From NCBI GenBank assembly GCA_002269645.1, contig NIVC01001525.1, positions 124,001 to 188,000 of the forward strand: a DNA stretch of 64,000 nucleotides. The letters are read 5' to 3'. A program made the translations under genes and the position numbers. This stretch comes from Macrostomum lignano. Lineage: Eukaryota. The notes beneath the pieces are model-generated. The model worked only from the letters and a program-made list of their open reading frames with translations, searched no databases and was not told the DNA's origin. Below, in pieces: positions 25,709 through 38,160 of this stretch. How positions within the stretch are numbered: position 1 is the first letter of the stretch; every line of letters begins with the position of its first letter.

Positions 25709-28700
25709 TCAGTTTTTCGCAGGCGATTTCGCTTTCTTCAAAGTCTTCTTGATGGACAGGGCCGCCTTGGTGGCCGCGCCAGCGCCCTGGCCCAGCCGCG
25801 ACCTGCTGGCTGCTGCTGAAGACGACGCAGAGGCAGCGCCGCCGCCGCCGCCGCCGCCCGTCGGTTTTCCGCCACCGCTGATCAGCGTCTTGGAGCTCGA
25901 GGCCGAGTCCGAACGGTCTGCAGGTTTCGAATCCGAGGCGGAGATGGCCGAGTCCACGGACTCCAGCAGCGAGTTCTCGTCATCGAAGCTGGACAGCTGC
26001 TTCACTAGCGGCGGTCGCTTGACCATGGACCTCAGCGAGATGGTCTTGGGCGAGTCCTGAGCGGCCAGAATGTGAAAGGCTGAGTTGCTCAACTTTGGCA
26101 GCGAATGCTGCTGCTGCTGAGGTTTGTCAGCGGCCAATGAGCTGCCATCAGCGTCCGGCACGGTCTCGAGGATCTCGTCGATAGACTGCTCGAGATCCTG
26201 CTGCATCGCACTGACCGAACTGTCCATGGCTGAGGTCTCCATTTTTTTCAGCACTCGAGCATAGCGTTGAGTTCGAACCACGGACTTCTGCAGGCCAATG
26301 AGTCGTGCTCGCTGCTGCCGTAGTGTGTCCAGGGATTCTTCAGACCCGTCGAACGTAAATGGGCGCGTGCTGCCCGAGGCGCGGTGGTCTCTGAGAAGCT
26401 GGAGTACTTTGCGACAGGAGCGCTGTAGCGAGGAGAGGATTTGGGTGAGGTCGCTCAGTCAGTTGACTTTGCGTACGGTTTATCGGGTTCTGCGAATTGC
26501 ATGCGGACAGCTGCAGATCAGCCGCTGCAAGCGAGGATGCAACCAAGAACGCTCGCACCTCCCGTCAACCTGTACATCGGCATTCTGCGCCTTTATGGCT
26601 GGGAATCTAACCGGTGTCTAACCGGTATCTAACCTGTATCTAACCTGTATCTAACCTGTATCTAACCTGTATCTAACCTGTATCTAACCTGTATCTAACC
26701 TGTATCTAACCTGTATCTAACCTGTATCTAACCTGTATCTAACCTGTATCTAACCTGTATCGAACCTGTATCTAACTTGCAAATAAAACTGTATAGAACC
26801 TGTATCTAACCTGTATCTAAAATGTATCTAACATGTATTTAACTTGTATCTAACCGGTATCTAACATGTATCTATCCTGTATCTATCCTGTATCTAACCT
26901 GTATGCAACCTTTATGTAACCTGTATCCAACCTGACCTGTATCTAACCTGTATGTAACCTATATCTGACGAGTATCTAACTAGTATCTAACCTGTCTCTC
27001 AGCAGTGTCTATAAAGTATCTAATAAAGTATCTAACCACTGTATGTACCAGTAAGTTGATTCTGGATTGTAAAGTATTGCACAGCTGACCTTCCAGTTAT
27101 TCGACGCTGTTCTTCTCAAAAAAGCGAGGGTCTTCTTGGTCCGCAGGATGGTCATGAGTCCGACCTCGCCGTCCTTGCCAGGCACTGGAATCGTGTACTC
27201 GCTCTGGAACTTCAGCAACTGCTTGGGACTGTAGCTGCGCTCCAGAATGACAATTATCTTGGCCCACTGAAAAGTTAACGTTAAAACCATTTTAACACAT
27301 GAAAACATTTTTACCGGTTATGGGTACAAATCTGTCTGGAGAAAGCTTAACACCGGAAAGTTTTACAACGATCATGCTTCTCATAGGTCTTTCTTCAATG
27401 TCTTTCTTTAGGAAAAATATTCGGTCTCCACGATCTACAATACTTTTAGCGTCGTCATTTTTTCTAGAATTTTCTTTGAAATATAAAACAACACCGGAAA
27501 TTGTCTAATGATGTTTTTCTTCTTAAAAGAAATATATGGACTCAACAGTCTGCGTTGATCTTTTAGCGTAGTATTTTTTTCCAGCAGATTTTCTTAGAAA
27601 TATAAAAACGCAACTCAATAATGTTTTTCTTATAACTTCACATTTTTCGCGTGAACTTTCTTAGAAGTATAAAAATTTAACACCGGAAGTTTTTATAATC
27701 ATGATTTTCTTAGAAACAAACGATCGTTTAGTTTCGTAATATTTCCCGCGAATTTTCTTAGAAGTGCACGTGTACTTTCAATCAGATTTTTTTGACAACT
27801 CTCACCATCGCAATCCACTCCTTCTGCGACCTGGAGTTCACCAGATTGTAGGTGTTGCCCATCATGGCGATCAGCATGTTCAGCAGCAGAATCGGCACCA
27901 GAATGAGGAAGGCGGCGAACACGAACTTGGCCAGCGGAGTGTAGTTCGTGTAGTTGAATTCGTCGTACTGAAATTACGAAAATTTTTACTTTTATAGTTG
28001 ACTGATTTGCAAAGATGATATTTTAGAATATGAATTGATTTATTGACGTTTTTAAACGCCCCAAAATCAGTTTAGAACAGCAAATAAAATGAAAATAGCC
28101 TTTAAACTTTAGTATCAAACAGGGAGACACTTAATTTATACAAAAATGCGCCAAAAATCGCTAGAAATAAGCAAAAATACGAAATTTGAGTACATCAATG
28201 TACATCAGTGTACTTATATAATGATTTTTAATCACTAATTAGCTGTTACATGTAAGGGGGAAAAGCATTCTTATTGCAGGCTTAACGGTCAAAAAAAGAC
28301 TTGAAGTGCGTAGAAAAACGCACGGATGGATTTCTGCAGACTTGCATTCTATGAGCTAAATTGTCGCCATAGCAACAAAAAGCCCTGCTGTCCCTTCTTC
28401 CCTCCCCTCAGCAGCGCTGCGTCCCTCAGAGCCCCGCGACCACCCACTGTCTGCGCCAGTTAATGAGCGCCCATGCAGTTGCAGACAATGGACTGGCAAA
28501 AAGCGGGAGGACTCTACTCCGGTTTTCTTTCAAAAGCAACAGAGAGACACGGACTCGCTTTGAGCTCAAGCTAAGCAGGACAAGAATCTGCAGAATTTTT
28601 TCTCTCCTTCTTCTCCTCCCAGTCCCAGCTCACCTGGTCCTTTGCCTAGCAGATGTACTTTTAAGCTGTGCGCTTATAATTCTCAATATTTTTACGGGGC

Positions 28701-31700
28701 ACTGCTTGCTTTGGCTTGCCTTGCTTTGCCAGCGCGAAGACACGCTCTCTTGGCGTTGGCCTGGCCGTGGAATCGAAACCAGAGGTGACCTTCTACCACT
28801 CTCGCCACTCCGCCTCCCCAATTAACAAACTATTGATAAAGTTTCTTGTCCCAAAAAAGTAAGTTCAACTCCAATTAGTTTTCAATTCACGGAATCGATG
28901 CGAAAGCCGGGCCTGACAATGGAGGGTGAGTAGAGAGTGAGAGCCGCGAGAGTGCGGCCTCCTAATGAGAGAGAGGGGACATGTGAGGAGAGAGAAGGAA
29001 AAGGAAGACAAAAGGGACAGAAAATGCAGTGGAAGTGTGAAAGGGGGCCCCAGAAAATTGATGAAGCCGGTGCAGCTGAGTGAGTGAGCGAGTGCGGCCG
29101 TTTCTGTTGACCAAAGTTTCTTAGTCAAGCCAGTGGAAGCCAGCCATGAAGCGCGGCAGAGTCCTTCCAAGTTCTCAAAGAAGGCTTGAGACACAGGGCT
29201 AGTAGAGAGAGATGGGGAGAGACTCGCTGAATAATTCAAGCCCCAGCACACCTCGGGTGAGATAAGCAATTATCGGACCCTCAGGACAGTCACGACACCC
29301 GAGAGCCCTTAGATAAACTGCTGTCCAAAAAATTTTCGGCAATTAAACAAAAAACAGGACAGATTATTTTTATCAATCAAAAATGTTTTAACGACAATCT
29401 CGAACTGATCGCGGGATCTGGGCGGCATCAGGCACAGGTTAAACACGGCAGAAATCTGTTTACCTTGGATCGCCTGCTGAACTGGAAGAGGCGCGTTCGC
29501 GAAAACAAATTGATGGAGCAAACTTAACGGGATAGAGAATGTCTCAGTGCTTTTGTAACATTAGGAATTTGCACGGTGAAAACTGTGGGAACATTTTTTG
29601 AGAATTTCTCACCTTGAAGTCGCCGAGAGTCATTTGCAGCAGCGTCATGACTGTGGTGTGCGGCTGGCTGAAGGACAGCACGCTGGACACATTCGGGTCG
29701 ATGTCTCGGAACAGGAAGTAGTACGCTGCGAAGTGGGTTCGAGTGTTAAGGGTCGCTGATAGTGACAGTGCGAGGATTCCATTGGAGAAGTCCAGCAGAT
29801 TCTAAGAATGGGCCACTGCCAGCCTCCCAGATCCCCAGTTGCTGGGCCAGCCTCCCAGATCCCCAGTTGCTGGGCCAGCCTCCCAGATCTCCAGTTGCTG
29901 GGCCAGCCTCCAAGATCTCCAGTTGCTGGGAAAGCCTCCAAGATCCTCAGTTGCTGGGCCAGCCTCCCAGATCTCCAGTTGCTGGGCCAGCCTCCCAGAT
30001 CCTCAGTTGCTGGGCCAGCCTTAAAAGATCCTCAGTTGCTGGGCCAGCCTCCCAGATCCTTAGTTGCTTAACCATCCATATCTGAGACTTAACAAGATTC
30101 CCCTGGCCCAAAATCGAGGCTTCTTTCAAAGCTTCGGTCACGGTAAACTTCTGATAATACCAGACAGATGCAATGGCGATATGAACTCACTCTGAGCAAA
30201 GCAGACCAGAATGATGCTGTAAATGATGCCGAATCTGGCCATGTCGCCTTTGATCATTTTGTAGATCATCGTGACGAAAGTGCCATTCAGTTGAGTGCCG
30301 CTGAAATATTGGTTTTGAAGGCGTAGATGTAAATTATTTACTCTCTTTTCCTTCTTTGCACAGCTCATTCTTGCCCCACTGGGCCACTGCACCTTCTTCA
30401 TGCCTAAATTTCGTCTCCCCCAATGTACACAGTCTCACAGCCCGCCTGAATTCTGTCTCCCAATGTACACAGTCTCACGGCCTGCTTGAATTCCGTCCCC
30501 CAATGTACACAGTCTCACGGTCTGCTTGAATTCCGTCCCCCAATGTACACAGTCTCACGGCCTGCTTGAATTCCGTCCCCAAATGTACACAGTCTCACGG
30601 TCTGCTTGAATTCCGTCCCCCAATGTACACAGTCTCACGGCCTGCTTGAATTCCGTCCCCCAATGTACACTGTCTCACGGCCTGCTTAAATTCCGTCCCC
30701 CAATGTACACCGTCTCAGGGCCCCGCCTGAATTCCGTCCCCCAATGCACACAGTCTCACGGCCTGCTTGAATTCTCTCTCCCAATGTACGCAGTCTCACA
30801 GCCCCGCTTGAATTCTGCTCTCCAGTGTCTGGGTGTCGCAGCTTAAACACAAAAAACCCAAAATCCATTGCTCACCCAGCGAAAAACAGTAGGTAAATCC
30901 AGACACACGGAGCCGCAATAATGAGCAGAGTCTCCTCAGCGTTAGTCAGCGTCTCCAGGTTGCTGGTCCACAGCAGGCTCATAATCCTCACCGGCAGAGC
31001 CAGGGAGATCAGCAGGCAGGCAATCAGAAATGACGTCTTTGGCGGCGCGTCTCCCTGAAAAGTTGAATCATAGGCGTGAGACGTCCTTGGCACCTGGGGC
31101 TTTAGAACATGGGCTTTAGCACCTGGGGCTTTAGCACCTGGGGCTTTAGCACCTGGGGCTTTAGCACCTGGGGCTTTAGCACCTGGGGCTTTAGCACCTG
31201 GGGCTTTAGCACCTGGGGCTTTAGCACCTGGGGCTTTAGCACCTGGGGCTTTAGCACCTGGGGCTTTAGCACCTGGGGCTTTAGCACCTGGGGCTTTAGC
31301 ACCTGGGGCTTTAGCACCTGGGGCTTTAGCACCTGGGGCTTTAGCACCCACCTACTGGCACCGACCTGATCCCCGTAGAGCCATGGTCAACTCCATAAAA
31401 CTGCAAAGTACATAGCGTCAGATGACTCACCAGTCCGCGCAAAAAGTCCAGCACGCCCTGCTCTCTGACTTCGTCGATGTGCATGAACAGAGTGACCAGG
31501 CTGTTCACCACCGTGATGCACTCGAATACGTAGCGGAAAACTTCCTGTGTCGATATCTACAGGGCAGGAGGCGGATAGGAAGTTTTGATTGATTGATGAG
31601 ATCACTGTTTGTCTATAGAAGCCGGATTTAGTCTTGATTGTACGCTCGTACTTGTTTAACAAGATTTACCCTGTTCTGGTGAAGTAAAAGAGACGTTAGA

Positions 31701-34700
31701 TAAAAAATGTTAGACAAACAGATGTTAGATAAACACAGAAACTGTTAGTTAAATAAGCACGGAAACTGTTAAATAAAGACAGAAACTATTACATAAACAC
31801 AGAAACTATTAGATAAAGACAGAAACTGTTAAATAAGCACAGAAACTGTTAGATAAAGACAGAAACTGTTAGATAAAGACAGAAACTGTTAGATAGCTAC
31901 AGAAGAATGTTAGATAGCTACAGAAGGATGTTAGATTAGCACAGAAACTGTTAGATAGCTACAGAAGGATGTTAGATTAGCACAGATCCTGTTGGACACC
32001 CAGACAGATGTTAGATAAGCAATAAAACTGTTAGACAGCTACAGAAATTACCGTAACAGCGGCAGCGGCTGCTGTCGTAGTGCTCGCCACATACGAGACT
32101 GTTGTTGTCAGACTGGAATTGTCGGATTCCAGTGAGCTGCTTGTCGCTGAAGTGTCGCTACTTGACTTCAGAGGTCTCAGATAGATGGCAGCGCTCATGA
32201 TGATGATGTGAATCGTCAGCATCAGTAGGCGTTGCAGGAATCTGGCCTGAGAATGGATGAAGAACAGGTGAGGGTATTAGGATGAATTTCGGTAGCTTGA
32301 GTGACACTACAGAAATTTATAGAAAAATTGTTAACTTTTTCTCGACACAGAACTACCAATAGTTTTTTTCATTAGAAGCTGATTGAAAGCTCAAACGCTC
32401 CCCACCTGCACTCAGCCTTGTAAGCTCATCCCAATCTGTCACTTGCTCGAATGAGTCCGAAACTTTTATCAGTGACAGCTGGTGTCTGTCTTGTTTGAGA
32501 ACCATAAATTTCCATAACCTGTACTTCTGCAAATACATAACATAACAACAGGTGAGCTCACACTCCTGTCTCACAGGTACCACACACCTGTCTCACAGGT
32601 ACCACACACCTGTCTCACAGGTACCACACACCTGTCTCACAGGTACCACACACCTGTCTCACAGGTACCACACACCTGTCTCACAGGTACCACACACCTG
32701 TCTCACAGGTACCACACACCTGTCTCACAGGACCACACATTTGTCTCACAGATACCACACACCTGTCTCACAGGTACCACACACCTGTCTCACAGGTACC
32801 ACACACCTGTCTCACAGGTACCACACACCTGTCTCACAGGTACCACACACCTGTCTCACAGGTACCACACACCTGTCTCACAGATACCACATACCTGTCT
32901 CACAGATACCACATACCTGTCTCACAGGTACCACACACCTGTCTCACAGGTACCACACACCTGTCTCACAGGTACCACACACCTGTCTCACAGGTACCAC
33001 ACACCTGTCTCACAGGTACCACACACCTGTCTCACAGGTACCACACACCTGTCTCACAGGTACCACACACCTGTCTCACAGGTACCACACACCTGTCTCA
33101 CAGGTACCACACACCTGTCTCACAGGTACCACACACCTGTCTCACAGGTACCACACACCTGTCTCACAGGTACCACACACCTGTCTCACAGGTACCACAC
33201 ACCTGTCTCACAGGTACCACACACCTGTCTCACAGATACCACATACCTGTCTCACAGGTACCACACACCTGTCTCACAGGTACCACACACCTGTCTCACA
33301 GGTACCACACACCTGTCTCACAGGTACCACACACCTGTCTCACAGGTACCACACACCTGTCTCACAGGTACCACACACCTGTCTCACAGGTACCACACAC
33401 CTGTCTCACAGGTACCACACACCTGTCTCACAGGTACCACACACCTGTCTCACAGGTACCACACACCTGTCTCACAGGTACCACACACCTGTCTCACAGG
33501 TACCACACACCTGTCTCACAGGTACCACACACCTGTCTCACAGGTACCACACACCTGTCTCACAGGTACCACACACCTGTCTCACAGGTACCACACACCT
33601 GTCTCACAGGACCACACATTTGTCTCACAGATACCACACACCTGTCTAACAGATACCACACACCTGTCTCACAGGTACCACACACCTGTCTCACAGGTAC
33701 CACACACCTGTCTCACAGGTACCACACACCTGTCTCACAGGTACCACACACCTGTCTCACAGGTACCACACACCTGTCTCACAGGTACCACACACCTGTC
33801 TCACAGGACCACACATTTGTCTCACAGATACCACACACCTGTCTAACAGATACCACACACCTGTCTCATAGGTTACCACACACCTGTCTCACAGGTACCC
33901 AGCTCCGGATGAGCCAAGGTTAATCAGGTTATCAAAATCAGCAAATCAAAATGGCAGAAAGTGGTGTCTCACCCTGGCGTATTTCTGCCACTTCTCGTAC
34001 AGCAGCTGGTTAATGAGGCCCTGCTCAAGCATGTCCAGGTGCTGGTCGGTGGTCCCGTTGATTATGTACATGAAGGCTGAGTTCCAGTCGGTACGGCCGC
34101 TCTGGCCAATGGTGTCAACGCCAGTTAGTGGATACACTTTGCAGGTGATGTTGGCAAAGCGCCACATCTCGGAGCTGCTCAAATCGATGATCTCATTGAA
34201 GACGTCTTTGCGACCGAGTTTGGCGGCCAGGGAGATGGGGTTCAGGCCGGCGCTGTTCGTCAGCTTGGGGTTGGCCGGCTTCTTGTGGTGCTTCACTGCC
34301 AGACGGTAGATCTCCTGCGGGTGACGGTTCCATTGGGTTAATGTCATCAGATTTTCGTCAATAGTAGTTGTCAAGGTTAGGTCAAGGTCCATGCACTCTT
34401 CCCTTCCTTTCTCTCTTTTCGCTCTTTACTCGCTATCCCCTTTTTGCCCTCTTTACCCTCTGCCCTCTGCCCTCTTCACATTTTCCCCTCTTTGTACTCT
34501 TCCAATATTTCGCCTCTTTTCCTTTCTTTCCCTCTTCTCCTAATTGACAAATTTCCCTCTGCTCTCTTCCAGTCGCTAATTCTTTAATCAGCAACTTACG
34601 GTATTGTTGTGAATAACCAGCATGTGCAGCACGCTGTTGCCGAACTGGTCTTTGGAGTCGGGGTGGGCGCCGCAGCTCAGCAGGAAGTCATAAATCTCAG

Positions 34701-37699
34701 CGCTGCCGACGCAGCATGCAAATGCGAGCGGGTACTCGCCCAGGTAGCTTTGACCTGAGCAGGTTGGGTAGGTGTGAGGCTGGCTGATTGACTGATTGAT
34801 TGGTTTATTGATTTATTGATTTATTGATTGATTGATTGATTGATCGATTGATCGATTGGTTGACTGATTGATTGATTGATTTATTGATTTATTGATTAAT
34901 TGGTTAATTGATTGATTGATTGATTGCTTGATTGCTTGCTTGATTGATTGCTTGCTTGATTGATTGATTGATTGATTGATGAAATGATGGATTGGTTGAA
35001 GGATGAATTGATTGGTTGATTGATTTATTGATTTATTGATTTATTGATTAATTGGTTAATTGATTCATTGCTTGATTGCTCGATTGCTTGATTGCTTGAT
35101 TGCTTGATTGATTGATTGGTTGATTGACTAATTGATTGATTGATTTATTTACTCACCCCGGTAGTCGGTGATAGCAGCCTTATTAACTTGTCGCTGATCC
35201 TCAGGCCTGAAGAAATCTCCCACAGCCCTCTGGTCGATGACGGCGCCGCATTTAACCAAGAGTTTCACCAGCTCCAGGTCTTTGTTCATGACGGCCATGT
35301 GAAGCGATGAGTGGCCTGATTTGTGCAATGGTTTTTATTTGTGACAAGGTTGGTTTACTCAGATTCTTTTTATGACGTCATATTACTTCGATCACTCAAG
35401 AATCTACGCTCGTAACCCGCTGTTTAACTTCACCTTTCTTGTACTTTTACTATATAGAAAGGTGGAAACCTTTATTGACAAAAATCCAATGCTTTTCATC
35501 TCCCATCTTCTAAAGCCTTCCTTTAAACCCTCTCTCTGAAAAAATCTCGCAATACAAATCTGGTAGACTACTTTGGAATATGAAAAAACTTTTTTGTACT
35601 TCTGTCCCTTTGTCGCGTCCCATTGTTTCTTGCTCAGGGTGAACTATAGCTGTGTCAAATCTGACTTTCATTGTTTGAGTTCTCAAACTTCGTCAATTTA
35701 TTCGCTGCATACGAAGGCTATTTTTATACTTGAAGGACTGTTAGACTTCAGAAAATCACACTACCAGCTTTGTCTCACTAAAGTACTCCCAGCTCATGAG
35801 CATCCCATCCAGCTGCAGTCTCACCAAAGTACTCCCAGCTCATGAGCATCCCATCGAGCTGCAGTTTCACCAAAGTACTCCCAGCTCACGAGCATCCCAT
35901 CGAGCTGCAGTCTCACCAAAGTACTCCCAGCTCACGAGCATCTCATAGATCTCCAGTCTCACCAAAGTACTCCCAGCTCATGAGCATCTCATAGAGCTGC
36001 AGTCTCACCAAAGTACTCCCAGCTCATGAGCATCCCATCGAGCTGCAGTCTCACCAAAGTACTCCCAGCTCACGAGCATCTCATAGATCTCCAGTCTCAC
36101 CAAAGTACTCCCAGCTCACGAGCATCTCATAGATCTCCAGTCTCACCAAAGTACTCCCAGCTCATGAGCATCCCATCGAGCTGCAGTCTCACCAAAGTAC
36201 TCCCAGCTCACGAGCATCCCATCGATCTCCAGTCTCACCAAAGTACTCCCAGCCGATGAAGAAGTCCACGGCCAGGTTAGGAAAGACGCTGAGCAGAGCT
36301 TTTGCCAGCTGCCTGTGCAGAGGCGAGTCGCAGACAAGGCACAGGTGCAGAAGGGTTTCACCGTACATGCCTCGCTGCTCAATGTCCCAGCAGACTCTGT
36401 GCCGGGAGTTGTCGGGGTACACAGGCCTCACGCAGTCGTAGAGGTAATCAGGCACCTGCTGTTCCTCTTCAAGCACTGGCGGATGCGGCGGCGGAGGCTG
36501 AGGCTGGCGTTCGCAGACTTCGTGAGTAGCGGCCGACTGAGCAGCCACCGACTGTTTGCGGTGAACTCCGTTTTTGCGGTGCTCCTGGAGGATGAATTGA
36601 CAAGATCGCTTCATTTTAATGAATACGCATTTAAACAAAAAAGTTGATAATATTTTGACACTGAAATAATCTATTCAAAAAAAACCATAATAGTGATGGT
36701 TTTTTAAATTAACTGACATAAAAAAATGTCAGCATTTATTTAAAAAATCTTTCCTAGAAATCTATAGAACGTGAAAAATCCTTTAAAGTCATGATCATTA
36801 CAAGAAATAACTGTTTTCAAATATCATTCATCATAGATATAGTTCCTAAAAATCGATTTTTTAGAAGACATCATTATTAGACATCATCATTATTTGAAAT
36901 CATTTTCCTAGAAATATTATCTTAGAAATAATCATTCTTAGAAATCATCTTAGAAATTATCTATCTTGGAAATCATTCTTTGAAATGCCAATTCTTAGAA
37001 ATCATCATTCCTAAAAATCGTTATCATTCCTCACCCTTGCTTCTCTGTCGACATCTTCAGAGTCTTCGACATCCTGCAGCACCTCGTCAGCCGTGGTGAC
37101 GGCGGTTCTGCTTGACCGCAACGAGTCGGCAATTGTGGCGGCGGGGCCGGTGGCACCGGCGGCCATCCAGAAGCAGGCGCCGCTGCCTCATCGCTAGCCA
37201 AGCCGACCTGGCGCAGCCTCCCAGCGATCAGCTCGGCGCCGGAGACCTCCCGACCGGCGCCTCCGTTGTAGAGAAACGGCGCCACCTCGGTGAGAATCAG
37301 CGCCCTGGCGCCGGCGATCCCGCCTGATTCGTAGGCTTCGACCAGTCGACCGCCGCCCTGAAGGTCCAGCAGCTGGTAGATCGGCCGGCTCCGGATCAGG
37401 GCGCCGTGATGGGACCAGCACTGCTCCCACACGATCTCTGAGCTCAGCTGACGCCGACTACAGCAGCAGGGACAGCAGCAGCAGCCACCGCCACCGCCGC
37501 TGCCTTCTCGGCTGTCATTCATCCCGAAGCCGGAAACGTCACCGGCTTCAGCGATGCTGAGCTTGCGCCATTCGGTGTCTTCTATTGCTGCTGCTGTTGT
37601 TGTTGCTTTCTCTTTTCCTTGCTGCTTGGCGCTGCGAATTCTGCACAGAGTGGCTTTGAGGAGGCTCAGGCAGGAGACAGGGCAGCCGCACTCGTTCAT
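25709..37699 (-). CDS. iav: TRPV cation channel, Inactive/OSM-9 subgroup, 13 coding exons, about 1147 aa
   Basis: Exons 37699-37035, 36584-36239, 35315-35157, 34754-34600, 34314-33973, 32246-32052, 31556-31431, 31054-30876, 30300-30191, 29725-29613, 27967-27806, 27266-27090, 26422-25709. All GT-AG, phases consistent from exon 2 onward. Motifs: [35 protein letters not shown], ankyrins ([27 protein letters not shown]), LLYEKWQKY, pore [10 protein letters not shown]6 [17 protein letters not shown] box KEWIAMWAKII. One apparent 1-nt frameshift in exon 1. Confidence 0.93.
26607..26995. repeat. 11-bp minisatellite (TATCTAACCTG) in TRPV intron 12
   Basis: Tandem units, decaying toward 26995. Confidence 0.95.
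29812..30066. repeat. 28-bp minisatellite (CCTCCCAGATCCCCAGTTGCTGGGCCAG) in TRPV intron 9
   Basis: About 9 tandem units. Confidence 0.95.
30405..30815. repeat. 40-bp minisatellite (CAATGTACACAGTCTCACGGCCTGCTTGAATTCCGTCCCC) in TRPV intron 8
   Basis: About 10 tandem units. Confidence 0.95.
31090..31348. repeat. 15-bp minisatellite (GCACCTGGGGCTTTA) in TRPV intron 7
   Basis: About 17 near-perfect units. Confidence 0.97.
31695..32045. repeat. Degenerate ~20-bp repeat (ACAGAAACTGTTAGATAAAG) in TRPV intron 6
   Basis: Imperfect tandem units running up to the exon 6 donor. Confidence 0.8.
32565..33898. repeat. 22-bp minisatellite (CAGGTACCACACACCTGTCTCA) in TRPV intron 5, about 60 units
   Basis: Near-perfect tandem units. 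Confidence 0.98.
34783..35150. repeat. Degenerate (TTGA)n microsatellite filling TRPV intron 3
   Basis: Directly visible. Confidence 0.93.
35771..36252. repeat. 46-bp minisatellite that copies the TRPV exon 2 / intron 2 junction, 10 units plus the real junction
   Basis: Each unit reads CTGGGAGTACTTTG|GTGAGACT on the minus strand, identical to the exon end and donor at 36239/36238. Confidence 0.95.
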
Positions 37700-37755
37700 G
37701 GGCCTCTCATGGGCGCGTGGCAGGCGTATTCACGGACTCACGGCTGAGGACGGCA

Positions 37756-38160
37756 GACTCACCTGGTTGAGAAGGCAAAGTGAGACACAGTGAGCGGACA
37801 GGTGGACTCACACAGATGGGGGATCACAGACTCACCTGGTTGAGAAGGCAAAGTGAGACACAGTGAGGGGACAGGTGGACTCACACAGATGGGGGATCAC
37901 AGACTCACCTAGTTGAGAAGGCAAAGTGAGACACAGTGAGGGGACAGGTGGACTCACACAGATGGGGGATCACAGACTCACCTGGTTGAGAAGGCGAAGT
38001 GAGACACAGTGAGGGGACAGGTGGACTCACACAGATGGGGGATCACAGACTCACCTGGTTGAGAAGGCAAAGTGAGACACAGTGAGGGGACAGGTGGACT
38101 CACACAGATGGGGGATCACAGACTCACCTGGTTGAGAAGGCGAAGTGAGACAATGAGCGG
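37756..38160. repeat. 73-bp minisatellite upstream of the TRPV ATG; 5 full units, 6 YAG|GTGAGTC sites
   Basis: GACTCACCT(G/A)GTTGAGAAGG starts at 37756, 37829, 37902, 37975, 38048 and 38121. Confidence 0.96.

Noticed and set aside
31102-31369. (GAKAP)n, (LKPQV)n and (WGFST)n ORFs
   Set aside because: 15-bp repeat in intron 7. The real exon 8 begins at acceptor 31054, so GAKAP is not part of the channel unless the intron is retained.
32552-33649. 365-aa His/Thr-rich ORF
   Set aside because: Antisense read-through of the 22-bp intronic minisatellite.
37697-37711. 4-codon uORF (ATG AGA GGC CCA TGA) overlapping the TRPV start
   Set aside because: Present in the sequence, but the 5' end is unknown and such short uORFs are common; not enough to claim regulation.
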